Shown here piece after piece: positions 1 to 10,317 of a DNA stretch of 64,000 bases (positions within the stretch are counted from its first letter, which is position 1; each line of letters opens with the position of its first letter). A program made the translations under genes and the position numbers. Under the pieces are notes generated by a model, which saw only the letters and a program-made list of their open reading frames with translations, was not told where the DNA came from and did no database searches. Source of the DNA: Spirochaetia bacterium (GTDB taxonomy: Bacteria > Spirochaetota > Spirochaetia > WTKD01 > G963693115); assembly GCA_965226055.1 (NCBI GenBank), contig CBDDCA010000004.1, positions 96,001-160,000 on the forward strand. Reading direction: 5' to 3'.

Positions 1-813
1 TAAAACATTTTTTCTTCTTATACAGCGTACAGGATATGTAAAGAGTAAATAGTTGCCCTCGTTATATTGAGGAGCAAAATCTTTTTTATGTGTAATATAT
101 TTTTTTAAGCTGTTGGAATCATCAGTTGTGTTTGTGTGCTGTGTACTAGTATTATACGTAACGATATTGGGAAGTAACTGAGCATCAATAGAGGCTTTTT
201 GTAAGATGTGTTTGTCATGCTCATTTATTACTGCAACAGTGGTATGATCATTAAAATTGTACAATATATTTTCACCTGGTACATGTATAAGTCGTTCTAA
301 AGCAGAAAAACGTGTTTGTTCAGGAAAATCATGTATCTGTAATAACATGTAAGGATCATATTTTTTTATAAATTGTAATAATGCAAGTGTAAAGAGAGGA
401 TTTTTTCCCAAGTGGTAATTATGAACCCACCAAAGAGTTTCTTCATTATTATGAGAAATGAAAAACTGCAGTAATTTTTCTATTGTTTCTTTTTTGCTCT
501 TAAAAAGTGCTGTGTTGCTTGCTGTGGTATGTTCTGTTTCTGTTGATGCTGTATTGTTCTCTTTGTCTTTTTGTAACCATTCAATGTATCCAAGTTCTTT
601 CTTAAAACGTACTTCTACTTTTGTAGTATTAAAATGCTTGCGAATTTTTAGCATATTTTTTCTGCTACCAGTAAATAGGACTATTTTTTTTATATATGAA
701 AATTGTTTTGCTTCAAGTAATGCTTGCACTGTTTTTGTAATAACACTTGTCACCCCTCCAGTATGGAGATGATAGTGCATAATATTGATAACCGATGGTG
801 TATATTGTTTCAT
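1..813 (-). CDS. Glycosyltransferase (GT-B/GT4-like), partial; runs off the window start
   Basis: Not in the ORF track. Manual translation from the ATG at 813: MKQYTPSVINIMHYHLHTGGVTSVI...WWVHNYHLGKNP...QIHDFPE. The GGV..V and HN/HDF motifs are typical of GT4 N-terminal domains. Divergent from the GH13_18 phosphorylase. Confidence 0.7.
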   Translation of the reverse strand, partial: MKQYTPSVINIMHYHLHTGGVTSVITKTVQALLEAKQFSYIKKIVLFTGSRKNMLKIRKHFNTTKVEVRFKKELGYIEWLQKDKENNTASTETEHTTASNTALFKSKKETIEKLLQFFISHNNEETLWWVHNYHLGKNPLFTLALLQFIKKYDPYMLLQIHDFPEQTRFSALERLIHVPGENILYNFNDHTTVAVINEHDKHILQKASIDAQLLPNIVTYNTSTQHTNTTDDSNSLKKYITHKKDFAPQYNEGNYLLFTYPVRCIRRKNVL

Positions 814-910
814 ATGTTTTTGTGTTCTATAGTATTAATTATAGCTATATATAGTATATCATTATTAGTGACAGTGTTTATAGAGTACTTTTTTGTAATA
901 TAATGAATAT

Positions 911-2698
911 ATGGGATTACATACAAAAAAAGATTCTACAGATAAACTGTATATAGAACAATTATTATATAGTATTTATATTGACACTCCATATACAATA
1001 CAGTGGCAAGCTCCTTTTCAACAATTTTGGGAGCGATGGAAACATAAATCTGCATACCAAGATAAAGATATTGCTGATACTGTATCTTGTCTTGATGAAA
1101 CGCTGTGTATGTTGATTTGTTATGGTGATAGTATATCAAAAAGTGATGAAATGCCACTTGAAACATTACATACATTTTTACAGAGCAGATGTGAAAATCT
1201 CATACGAGGGGTGCATATACTCCCATATTTTCCATATACATCTGATGATGGTTTTTCTATTTCTGATTATATGGCAGTACGGAATGATTTAGGTAGTTGG
1301 CAGCATATTACTAAGATAGCTGATGATTTTATTCTTATGAGTGATCTTGTTCTTAACCATTGTTCTGCCCAACATGCTTGGTTTACTCAGTTTCTCGCAA
1401 ACAAAGAGCCATATTCTGAGTATTTTATTACTGCTGATCCTCATTTAGATTTTTCAAGGGTAGTACGTCCACGCCCGCATTTTATACTAAGTGATTTTGA
1501 AACTGATACAGGGATGCAACATGTATGGACTACCTTTAGTAGTGATCAAGTTGATCTGAATTATGAAAATCCTTTGCTACTTTTTGATATGCTTGATGTC
1601 TTGTTATCGTATGTTATACAATATCGTTCTTCTGTTATTCGACTTGATGCTGTTGCTTATTTATGGAAAGAGATAGGTACTTCGTGCGTACATCATAAAA
1701 AGACACATTTGGTTGTAAAACTTATGAGAGCTATGCTTGATGTGTTTGCTGCTCAGAGCGTGCTTATTACTGAGACAAATGTTCCCCATAAAGAGAATGT
1801 TAGTTATTTTGGAGAAGGTGATGAGGCACATCTTGTATATAATTTTACGCTTCCTCCATTACTGCTCTATTCCGTATTATTTTCCTCGACAGAAATATTA
1901 CAGAAATGGGCTAACAGTTTAGTGCTGGAGCACGATAATACATGCTTTTTTAACTTTTGTGCTTCACATGATGGGATAGGTATTACTCCAAGCTATGGAA
2001 TTCTCAGTGATGTACAACGAGAAGCACTTATCAATAAGGTAAAGGAGCGAGGAGGCAAAATATCGTATAAAGCTACGAAAGATGGAGAAACTCCCTATGA
2101 GATGAATATCAGTTATGTCTCTGCGGTAATAGATCCTGAACAGAGTGTTGAGCAACAAGCCATGAGTTTTTTAGCTACACAGTCGGTGCTTCTTAGTATG
2201 CCTGGAGTTCCTGGAATCTATATTCATAGTTTATTAGGGAGTAAAAATTGGCAACAAGGAGTTGAGCGTCTTGGGTATAACAGAGCTATCAATAGAGAAA
2301 AATTAGATGTTAATAGTGTCAATCAAGAGCTTTCAAATGAGGAAAGTTTTCGGAGCATGGTATTCACAGGCTATTTGCATATGATAGAGGCACGTACTCA
2401 TAATGTAGCATTTCACCCCTTTGCATCATTTTCTTTTCCTGTTGTACAAGATGGACTGTTTGCTATTCTAAAAGAATATCAAACACAGAAAATAATATGT
2501 ATTGTCAACCTTAGTAATGATGAAAAAATACAAGCATTCCCATCAAATATGTTTCCATTTAAGAGCGGGATGAAAGATATACTAAAGGGAGATATTGTAT
2601 TTCTTCCTTCAAATTCAAATGATGAAGTAGAGCTTACTTTAGAACCGTACGAGGTATATTGGCTATGTCCAATAGATACGTCTACCAATACAAAGTAA
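911..2698 (+). CDS. GH13_18 sugar phosphorylase, probably glucosylglycerate phosphorylase (YcjM-like)
   Basis: Motifs GVHILPYFPYTSDDGFS, DLVLNH, WTTFSSDQVDLN, RLDAVAY, ITETNVPH, ASHDGIG, YEMN. ETN and YExN match the glucosylglycerate phosphorylase type rather than sucrose phosphorylase (EIH/YQxN). Confidence 0.85.
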   Translation: MGLHTKKDSTDKLYIEQLLYSIYIDTPYTIQWQAPFQQFWERWKHKSAYQDKDIADTVSCLDETLCMLICYGDSISKSDEMPLETLHTFLQSRCENLIRGVHILPYFPYTSDDGFSISDYMAVRNDLGSWQHITKIADDFILMSDLVLNHCSAQHAWFTQFLANKEPYSEYFITADPHLDFSRVVRPRPHFILSDFETDTGMQHVWTTFSSDQVDLNYENPLLLFDMLDVLLSYVIQYRSSVIRLDAVAYLWKEIGTSCVHHKKTHLVVKLMRAMLDVFAAQSVLITETNVPHKENVSYFGEGDEAHLVYNFTLPPLLLYSVLFSSTEILQKWANSLVLEHDNTCFFNFCASHDGIGITPSYGILSDVQREALINKVKERGGKISYKATKDGETPYEMNISYVSAVIDPEQSVEQQAMSFLATQSVLLSMPGVPGIYIHSLLGSKNWQQGVERLGYNRAINREKLDVNSVNQELSNEESFRSMVFTGYLHMIEARTHNVAFHPFASFSFPVVQDGLFAILKEYQTQKIICIVNLSNDEKIQAFPSNMFPFKSGMKDILKGDIVFLPSNSNDEVELTLEPYEVYWLCPIDTSTNTK

Positions 2699-2723
2699 GA
2701 TAGTACATGATTAGTAAGGCATA

Positions 2724-3788
2724 ATGAAAGACATTTCTTTTTTCTCTGATTGTCGGCAGGCTGTTATGCGAAGTTGCTACATAGAAAGTATGCGTTCTTT
2801 TCTTAGCTCTTATAATCTTGTAGAATTACATAGTCCTATTCTCAGTCCTGTTCTTATTCCTGAACGACATATAGATGTGTATGCAGTAGAGGAAGAAGAA
2901 CAAGGAAAAATGCATTATCTTACCCCATCTCCTGAAGTATACTTAAAACAAATGATAGCAAAGCTCTCTCATGATGAGACTATGAATACATATATGGGAG
3001 GGGTATACGAGCTAACCCATAGTTTTCGGAAAACAGAGCAGAAAAGTCCTATTCATCAGAAAGAGTTTTTAATGTTAGAGTATTATTGTTTACATAAAAG
3101 TACTCAACAGATGCAAGATATAACTGTGGATATGTTACGGTACTGCGTACAGTGTATGATAAAGAAAAATAAAACACTGCACCTTTTTACTAAAGAGAGT
3201 ATAGCATATATGCAGCATTTACTTGAACATGTATTGAGCATGTCTTTGGAACAGGCGTTTTTTTCCTATACGGCATTTAATTATAACGATTTTTTACAGT
3301 GTAAAAGTACTGTTGAAGCAATGGTATGTGTTGGCTTAGATCCTATGAAGGATACTGGCATGGATTGGGAAGATATATTTCATTATGCTTTAGTACAGTA
3401 TCTGGAACCTATGTTGCCACGTGATCGTATTATATTTCTCTACGATTATCCCAGCAAGGTCAGAACTTTGTCTAAAACAAAAGCGGCAAAACAAGGAGGC
3501 ATCCCTTGCAGTGATAGATGGGAACTGTATATTGCTGGTATAGAAGTTGCAAATTGCTTTAATGAAGAAACTGATCCTGATAGTATTTTTAGTTTTATGC
3601 AGGAACAAGCCACGCTAGGAGGAGCAAGAAATATTCAAGCAGATTGGGATAAGAACTTTTTGCGAGCTGATCGTCTGCCTCAATGTTCAGGGGGAGCTAT
3701 GGGTATTGATAGGGTATATATGGCACTATTAGGCAAACAATCATTATACGAAGCTACCTCTCTACATGAAAGTCTCTATATCCCTTGA
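2724..3788 (+). CDS. epmA: EF-P lysine aminoacylase EpmA/GenX-like (class II LysRS catalytic domain only)
   Basis: YLTPSPE, FR..E....H..EF.MLEYY, DRWELYIAGIEVANCFNE, CSGGAMGIDR; no anticodon-binding domain. Confidence 0.8.
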   Translation: MKDISFFSDCRQAVMRSCYIESMRSFLSSYNLVELHSPILSPVLIPERHIDVYAVEEEEQGKMHYLTPSPEVYLKQMIAKLSHDETMNTYMGGVYELTHSFRKTEQKSPIHQKEFLMLEYYCLHKSTQQMQDITVDMLRYCVQCMIKKNKTLHLFTKESIAYMQHLLEHVLSMSLEQAFFSYTAFNYNDFLQCKSTVEAMVCVGLDPMKDTGMDWEDIFHYALVQYLEPMLPRDRIIFLYDYPSKVRTLSKTKAAKQGGIPCSDRWELYIAGIEVANCFNEETDPDSIFSFMQEQATLGGARNIQADWDKNFLRADRLPQCSGGAMGIDRVYMALLGKQSLYEATSLHESLYIP

Positions 3789-3808
3789 TAGTAAAAAGAA
3801 AAATTCCA

Positions 3809-4351
3809 TTATACTTTTCGATTATATTGTAACTGTATGAGTCCTGTGTCGTATTGTTTTATTGTTTCTGCTTCTAGTGGTATAGTTGGTGTGTCCCCTA
3901 AAAAAAGTCGTTTTCCATCGCCTAAAATAATAGGGATAACAGAAATAAGATAGGTATCTATAAGATCTTTCTGCATAAGTAGCCTTACAATTTCGCTTCC
4001 TCCATCACAGTAGATATGTTTCCCTTCTTTGCTTTTTAATTCTTTTACTAAGGTTTCTACATTGCCATTATAAAAGGTAACATTGTTCTCATTTTCTCTT
4101 TCTTGTCGAGTGATAACATAGCAATCAAACATGCTTGATGCAGGAAACTTGCCTCCAGTAAGCGTGAGAATTGTCTCATAGGTAGTTCTTCCTACAATGT
4201 AAGTATCAACTGTTTCTGTGAACGCTTGGTATCCGTAATCTTCATTTTCTTTCTCAACAATAGAGAGCCACGAAACATCGTTGTCTTTTGTTGATATAAA
4301 CCCATCTAGGCTCATACTAATATATAATAGTAATTTTCTTTGATTATGCAT
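3809..4351 (-). CDS. Dihydrofolate reductase / RibD C-terminal family protein
   Basis: ISMSLDGFI, VGRTTYE, DGGSEIV, LIDTY..SVIPIILGDGKRLF. Confidence 0.85.
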   Translation of the reverse strand: MHNQRKLLLYISMSLDGFISTKDNDVSWLSIVEKENEDYGYQAFTETVDTYIVGRTTYETILTLTGGKFPASSMFDCYVITRQERENENNVTFYNGNVETLVKELKSKEGKHIYCDGGSEIVRLLMQKDLIDTYLISVIPIILGDGKRLFLGDTPTIPLEAETIKQYDTGLIQLQYNRKV

Positions 4352-4445
4352 ATAAAAATATAGTATTATAAGTGTACAAAAAAATCAAGTATAAGTGAGA
4401 AAAAAAAGTATTATGATACAGGAGAGTTTTTGTATAATAATAATT

Positions 4446-5417
4446 ATGTATAGATTACAGTGGTTTTTTTCCTTTGTCTTGCTCACTTTTTTTGTTGTTA
4501 CTGTATCTTCAAAAGATATAAAAGCTATGACTTTCAATGTACAAAATCTTTTTGATGGCAAGAACGATGGTACTGAATACCAAGAATATAGTCCGCCTCG
4601 ATGGAACAATAAACAATATCACTATCGACTGAGCGCAATAGGGAAAGCGGTACAAAAATTAGCGTTCTCTTTAGATATTATTGCCTTACAAGAGGTAGAG
4701 AATGAAAAAGTGGTGAAAGATTTACAAAAATACTATCTGCCTCGTTTATCATATGTAGCAGTAAGTACAGCAAAAAAATCTGCTGTGCAAATTGCTTTAT
4801 TGTCTCGATATAAGATACTTGAAGTTAAGGAACATCAAGTGCAGATACCTTCACTTTCTGGAGGATTGCGTCCAATCTTAGAGGTAGTGTTAGAGCTATC
4901 TTCAAAAAAGAAACAGACACAACATGCAGTGAATACAATACAGGTGTTTGTAGTGCATCTAAAATCAAAAAGAAACAGTAATGCCACTATTAGTTCAAGT
5001 CAAATACGCTCGTTTCAATATACACTTATCATCAATAATTTTGATACAACTATGCCAACATTGTTGCTAGGAGATTTTAATGATGAAGAAGCATATACTC
5101 ATTTGCAACATTCGTATCATAAAAAGTATCAGCAAAGTGTAGAAAGCCTTGTAGATACAAAATCATACTATGATACAGAAGCAGTAGTCAAAGGAACATA
5201 TTATTACAAAGGATGGGCACAGTTAGATCATATTTTTTTTGATACATCTTTTGCCACTATTTTTTCAGAGATAGAGCTTACTATTATAGGTAATGCTCCT
5301 TTTACTATTGTAAGTAGTAAACAGGGTATAACACCAAATAAATTTTATATGCATTTTAAGAACTATACTGCAGTATCTGATCATTTGCCAGTATTACTTA
5401 CTGCCCAATATAAATAA
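4446..5417 (+). CDS. Secreted endonuclease/exonuclease/phosphatase (EEP) family protein
   Basis: Signal peptide; MTFNVQNLFD, DIIALQEVEN, VVHLKS, LLGDFND, LDHIF, SDHLPV. Start moved from 4395 to ATG 4446. Confidence 0.85.
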   Translation: MYRLQWFFSFVLLTFFVVTVSSKDIKAMTFNVQNLFDGKNDGTEYQEYSPPRWNNKQYHYRLSAIGKAVQKLAFSLDIIALQEVENEKVVKDLQKYYLPRLSYVAVSTAKKSAVQIALLSRYKILEVKEHQVQIPSLSGGLRPILEVVLELSSKKKQTQHAVNTIQVFVVHLKSKRNSNATISSSQIRSFQYTLIINNFDTTMPTLLLGDFNDEEAYTHLQHSYHKKYQQSVESLVDTKSYYDTEAVVKGTYYYKGWAQLDHIFFDTSFATIFSEIELTIIGNAPFTIVSSKQGITPNKFYMHFKNYTAVSDHLPVLLTAQYK

Positions 5418-5464
5418 TCAGTACAGATAATCAGTATAAACAATCAGTGTGAACAAGAAAAGCT

Positions 5465-6184
5465 TTACTGGAAGTAGCTGTTTATAGTACTTTCAAATTC
5501 TGTATTTTTTGGGTTGAGAGGACTAGGGTGAGGAATATAGTGAAGTTCATTTATATTTAGTACATTTAATAAAGATTGTGCTATAGTATGTGAATATCTT
5601 CCTATTGCAAGTATCGTAGTAATGCCTAATATGTTACAATAGTTACGTAAGTGTTCTTTACACAATACTTCTACCTCTTTAATGCTCTTGTCTTTTCTCA
5701 GGAGTGTATGGTCAGGAGTGAGATTACTTGCAGTTTCTTTATTAAAAAAAGCTAGAGGACAAAAATTAAGAACAAATGCCTGTGCAAAAAAATCTTGAGG
5801 AGAAGGAAATAGTTTTTGAATACATCCCCAGACTTTTTCTCCACTTTTTTCTTCACGATGATATTGAAGGCCTTGTACTGGTCGTTTAGGGTGCATGTGT
5901 TCTGGTTGTTGTACAGTATATTGTAATTGAAGATAACGAGTAACTGCACTGATGTTGCCAAAAGGAATGCCTGTTTGTACCATGCCATGAGGGCCAGGAT
6001 TGATCCCTAATAACAGATATTTTTTTTGCTGTTTTTTTGTATGTGCAAAGTTTGAGACATATGCTTTCCATCCTTCCCATGCGTAATTGAACACATTGTA
6101 TACACACACAGTACTAGGATATGCGAGAGTGTCAAGTACATGGGAGAGTTCTTTGCTATGTTGTAATAATGTAGTAATGTGCAA
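5465..6184 (-). CDS. SMUG1-type (family 3) uracil-DNA glycosylase
   Basis: LLGINPGPHGMVQTGIPFG (SMUG1 motif 1), HPKRPVQG, NFCPL, HPSPLN (motif 2). Confidence 0.88.
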   Translation of the reverse strand: MHITTLLQHSKELSHVLDTLAYPSTVCVYNVFNYAWEGWKAYVSNFAHTKKQQKKYLLLGINPGPHGMVQTGIPFGNISAVTRYLQLQYTVQQPEHMHPKRPVQGLQYHREEKSGEKVWGCIQKLFPSPQDFFAQAFVLNFCPLAFFNKETASNLTPDHTLLRKDKSIKEVEVLCKEHLRNYCNILGITTILAIGRYSHTIAQSLLNVLNINELHYIPHPSPLNPKNTEFESTINSYFQ

Positions 6185-6186
6185 TA

Positions 6187-7512
6187 TTATTGTTGTGCTG
6201 ATAAAATATGTTTGTTGAGGATAATCTCTAACATTTCTTGTTTTCCTGATTGAGCTGTAGGAGTATCATGTTGTAATGCATAGGAGTGAAGATCTTTTAA
6301 TGTTGTAGTATTATTGACTATTTTGTTACCAATATCACTATTATAGCTTTCATAACGCTTTTGTACAAAATTTTCAATTTCATTACTGGACAGTAGAGAA
6401 TGGGCAGCTTTTAAGCCTATTGCAAATGTGTCCATGCTAGAGATATGACCATAAAATAGATCATTGCTATCAATAGAAGGGCGACGTAATTTTGCATCAA
6501 AGTTGAGACCGCCTGGTGCTATTCCTCCGTTTTTTAATACCTCTATCATCATGAGGGTGCTGGTATATATATTAGTTGCGTATTGATCGGTATCCCAGCC
6601 TAATAACATGTCGCCTTGATTTGCATCAAGGCTTCCTAACATATCATGTATTCGTGCAAGGTACATTTCGTGTTGCATAGTATGTCCCGATAATGTTGCA
6701 TGATTTACTTCTAAGTTGAGCTTAAAGTCTTTATCAAGATTGTAGTGCTTCAAAAAACCTATAACATTTGCTGCATCATAGTCATATTGATGTTTTGTTG
6801 GTTCTTTTGGTTTTGGTTCTATAAGTAACTGTCCTGTAAACCCTATGCTTTTTGCATAATCACGAGCCATGCTAAGAAAGGTAGCAAGATTATCAAGCTC
6901 TCTTTTGAGATTAGTGTTTAGCAATGTTTCGTATCCTTCTCTTCCTCCCCAAAACACATAGTTAAGCCCGCCAAGTTTGTGAGTGATATCTATTGCTTTT
7001 TTTACTTTTGCTGCTGCATAGGTAAATATTTCTGCTTGTGGACTTGTTGCTGCTCCATTCATAAAGCGTGGATGACTAAATAAATTGCTCGTACCCCATA
7101 ATAGCTGTAATCCTGTTTCTTTCATTATAGTATGGAGAATATCGCTTATACTGTCTAGGCGTTTTTCTGTCTCTACAAGTGTATCAGCTTCATCTACAAT
7201 ATCAAAGTCATGAAAACAAAAGAAAGGAATTGAAAGTTTTGTTGTAATTTCAGCTAAAGCATATGCTCGTGCTTTTGCTTTTTCTACGGGGTTTTGTATG
7301 CTATCCCAAGGGCGTTTTATCGTAGGCATTCCAAAAGGATCGTTTCCTTGTCCTGTTAAGCTATGCCAATATGCGAAAGAAAAACGTAGATGTTCCTGCA
7401 TAGTTTTATTGCCAACTATCTCTGTTGGATTGTAATGCCTAAATGCTAATAGATTATCAGTATCTGCACCTTCATATTGTATTTTTTGTATATTGCTAAA
7501 AAATTCTTCCAT
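6187..7512 (-). CDS. xylA: Xylose isomerase (class II)
   Basis: FAYWH, FCFHD, VFWGGREGY, IEPKPKEPTKHQYD, NLEVNHATL, GWDTDQ, NFDAK. Confidence 0.97.
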   Translation of the reverse strand: MEEFFSNIQKIQYEGADTDNLLAFRHYNPTEIVGNKTMQEHLRFSFAYWHSLTGQGNDPFGMPTIKRPWDSIQNPVEKAKARAYALAEITTKLSIPFFCFHDFDIVDEADTLVETEKRLDSISDILHTIMKETGLQLLWGTSNLFSHPRFMNGAATSPQAEIFTYAAAKVKKAIDITHKLGGLNYVFWGGREGYETLLNTNLKRELDNLATFLSMARDYAKSIGFTGQLLIEPKPKEPTKHQYDYDAANVIGFLKHYNLDKDFKLNLEVNHATLSGHTMQHEMYLARIHDMLGSLDANQGDMLLGWDTDQYATNIYTSTLMMIEVLKNGGIAPGGLNFDAKLRRPSIDSNDLFYGHISSMDTFAIGLKAAHSLLSSNEIENFVQKRYESYNSDIGNKIVNNTTTLKDLHSYALQHDTPTAQSGKQEMLEIILNKHILSAQQ

Positions 7513-7581
7513 AAAAATTCCTCATTTTTACTGTTCATTGTTGAGACTGTATCTTTTTATTATACTATATTACTGATAATA

Positions 7582-8745
7582 CTATATTTTCCCTTTGTTT
7601 CTTGTATATTGATCATACCAAACGGCAAATAATAGCACGAGAGCTTTTACTACATACTGATATTCTGCTCCTAAGTTAATCAAAGACATACCATTGTTAA
7701 TGACTCCCATAACAAGCCCTCCTGTAATAGCTCCTATAATAGTGCCTATACCTCCAGCAGCAGATGCTCCTCCAATAAAAGCAGCAGCAATAGCTTCCAG
7801 TTCAAATAATTGTCCTGATTGAGGGAGTGCAGAATTAAGGTATCCTGTAAAAATTACCCCTGATAATCCTGATAAAGCTCCCATAATAGCAAATACAAAA
7901 AATACTACTCGTTCAGAATTGACTCCAGAAAGTTTTGCTGCTTTCGCATTTCCTCCTACAGCATACACTTCTCTTCCAAACACTGTCTTGTTTGTAATGA
8001 ATACAAATAAAACAATAACAATGAGTAATAAAATGACCACATTAGGAATACCTCTGTACGACGCAAACTTATACCCTAATATCATGATGGTAATGCTTAG
8101 TATAAGTAGTTTAAGTACAAGAAACTGTACAGGCAACACATGAAATCCATGTGCTTTTTTTGCTCTGTATTGGTATATGGCATATATCACATACGCTACT
8201 AAAAGTACTATCATAACAATAAGCGTATTGAGATGAAACTCTGCATTGTTTACAAAAGAAAATCCAGAAGCAATTTTTTTATAATTATCATCTATAAGTG
8301 ATACAGGGTTGACTTGGGTGATAATATACGTAAGCCCACGAAACAAAAGCATGCCTGCAAGAGTAACAATGAAAGCAGGCACTTTTAGAAATGCAATCCA
8401 AAATCCTTGTGTAGCTCCAATAATCAGTCCTATGCCTATTGATACCAAAATAGTAATGGGCATACCAATGCCTGTATTGTACACCATAGCACTGATAGCT
8501 CCTATAAAAGCGCATACCGATCCAACTGATAAATCTATATTACCAGTAATGATAACAAGTACCATTCCCACTGCAAGGGTAAGAATATAACTATTTTGAA
8601 TAAATATATTTGTTATATTTCTTGCGTTAAAATTAATGCCGTTTGTCATAAATGTGAATATAATAAATATACATCCTAACATTAAGAACATAGAGTAATT
8701 ACGAATATTATCTTTTGCTATTTTAAAAAAATTATTTTTTTGCAT
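7582..8745 (-). CDS. Sugar (xylose/multiple monosaccharide) ABC transporter permease, XylH/MmsB/GguB-like
   Basis: IDLSVGS, VPAFIVTLAGMLLFRG, GREVYAVGGNAKAAKLSGV, ELEAIAAAFIGG. Confidence 0.92.
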   Translation of the reverse strand: MQKNNFFKIAKDNIRNYSMFLMLGCIFIIFTFMTNGINFNARNITNIFIQNSYILTLAVGMVLVIITGNIDLSVGSVCAFIGAISAMVYNTGIGMPITILVSIGIGLIIGATQGFWIAFLKVPAFIVTLAGMLLFRGLTYIITQVNPVSLIDDNYKKIASGFSFVNNAEFHLNTLIVMIVLLVAYVIYAIYQYRAKKAHGFHVLPVQFLVLKLLILSITIMILGYKFASYRGIPNVVILLLIVIVLFVFITNKTVFGREVYAVGGNAKAAKLSGVNSERVVFFVFAIMGALSGLSGVIFTGYLNSALPQSGQLFELEAIAAAFIGGASAAGGIGTIIGAITGGLVMGVINNGMSLINLGAEYQYVVKALVLLFAVWYDQYTRNKGKI

Positions 8746-8750
8746 ATGTT

Positions 8751-10265
8751 TTATCCTAGTGCTATTTTAATTATTTTTTCTTGGGTCGCATCTTGTATAT
8801 CAAGCTCCCCCTTTATTTTGCCTTCGTTCATAACATAAATTCTGTCAGACATGCCAAGCACTTCTTCTAATTCTGATGAAATCATGATAATGCTTTTTCC
8901 CATTGCCACTAGATCGTTGAGTATAGAATATATTTCATATTTTGCTCCTACATCAATACCTCTTGTAGGTTCATCTATAATAAGAATATTTGGGTTAGTA
9001 TAGAGGCAACGACTAATGACTACTTTTTGTTGATTACCGCCACTGAGAGTATTTACTATGGTATGTACACTGGGAGTTTTTATGTTCATTTTTTCTTTAT
9101 AATGAACACTTGAGGCTTCTACTTCTTTGCTGTTTATTATGCCAAACTTTGAGCATTTGTGTAATCCCGAGTTAGTTATGTTATTTTTTATATCTTGAAT
9201 AAGAATAAGTCCTAGTTCTTTTCTATCTTCTGATATATATCCTAGCCCGTCTCTAATAGCTTCTTTTGGGGTGTTCCAGTGTACTTTCTTTTCATGTAAA
9301 TACACATCTCCTATATGTTTAGAACCGTACATAGAACCAAAAATACTCATCATAAGTTCTGTTCTTCCTGATCCCATGAGTCCGCAAATACCCAGTATTT
9401 CTCCTTTTCGTACATTAAAATGCACATCTGAGATAACTTTTTTTTCTGCATCTAAAGGATGGTATACAGACCAGTCTTTTACTTCAAACTGTATTTCACC
9501 AATATGAGAGTTTCTTTGTGGAAATCGATCTGTCATATCTCTTCCTACCATATCTTTAATGATCATCTGTTCGGTTATGGGAGTTTTATGAGCTTCAAGT
9601 GTACTAATTGTTTTTCCATCGCGAAGTATGGTAATATCATCAGCTATTTCTAATACTTCGTTTAGTTTATGTGATATCATAACACAAGTTATACCTTGTT
9701 TTTTTAGTAGTAGTATAAGTTGAAGTAGCTGTTCGCTTTCTTGATCATTGAGGGATGAGGTAGGTTCATCTAAAATAAGCAGTTCTACTTTTTTTGAGAG
9801 AGCTTTTGCTATTTCGACTAATTGTTGTTTTCCAACGCCTAGTGTATTTACTATTGTTTGTGGATTCTCTTGTAGCCCAACCTTATCAAGAAGATGCTGT
9901 GTTTCTGTGCTTAGTTTGAAGAAGTTGATGATACCAAAGGTAGATTTGTAGTGTCCTAAAAATATGTTTTCTGCTATAGAAAGATAGGGACTAAGAGCAA
10001 GCTCTTGATGTATGATAGCGATGCCATCATGTTCACTGTCTTTTACTGATGAATATTTTAAGACTTTATCCTTAAATGTAATGGTCCCTGTATATGATTC
10101 ATGAGGATATACCCCAGATATTATTTTCATAAGAGTAGATTTTCCAGCTCCATTTTCTCCACATATACAATGTATGCTCCCTTTTTGTATGGTAAAATTT
10201 ATATCATCTAATGCTCTTACACCGGGAAAATCTTTTGTTAAATTGGAAATACTTAGTAAACTCAT
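8751..10265 (-). CDS. Sugar ABC transporter double-domain ATPase, XylG/MmsA/GguA-like
   Basis: GENGAGKST, LDEPT, GLMGSGRTE, LSGGNQQK, DEPTRGIDVGAK. Likely start ATG 10265; the ORF-track start lies in the upstream hairpin. Confidence 0.95.
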   Translation of the reverse strand: MSLLSISNLTKDFPGVRALDDINFTIQKGSIHCICGENGAGKSTLMKIISGVYPHESYTGTITFKDKVLKYSSVKDSEHDGIAIIHQELALSPYLSIAENIFLGHYKSTFGIINFFKLSTETQHLLDKVGLQENPQTIVNTLGVGKQQLVEIAKALSKKVELLILDEPTSSLNDQESEQLLQLILLLKKQGITCVMISHKLNEVLEIADDITILRDGKTISTLEAHKTPITEQMIIKDMVGRDMTDRFPQRNSHIGEIQFEVKDWSVYHPLDAEKKVISDVHFNVRKGEILGICGLMGSGRTELMMSIFGSMYGSKHIGDVYLHEKKVHWNTPKEAIRDGLGYISEDRKELGLILIQDIKNNITNSGLHKCSKFGIINSKEVEASSVHYKEKMNIKTPSVHTIVNTLSGGNQQKVVISRCLYTNPNILIIDEPTRGIDVGAKYEIYSILNDLVAMGKSIIMISSELEEVLGMSDRIYVMNEGKIKGELDIQDATQEKIIKIALG

Positions 10266-10276
10266 AGTATAGTTTA

Positions 10277-10310
10277 AAAAAAGTAACATACCGAAGCATG
10301 TTACTTTTTT
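10277..10310. terminator. Intra-operon hairpin between the binding-protein and ATPase genes
   Basis: aaaaaagtaacat-accgaagc-atgttactttttt, 13-bp stem with A/T tails; typical attenuator or mRNA stabiliser after a solute-binding gene. Confidence 0.7.
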
Positions 10311-10317
10311 ATAAGAA

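Noticed and set aside
458-772. 104-aa + strand ORF
   Set aside because: Shadow of the minus-strand glycosyltransferase, which has recognisable motifs.
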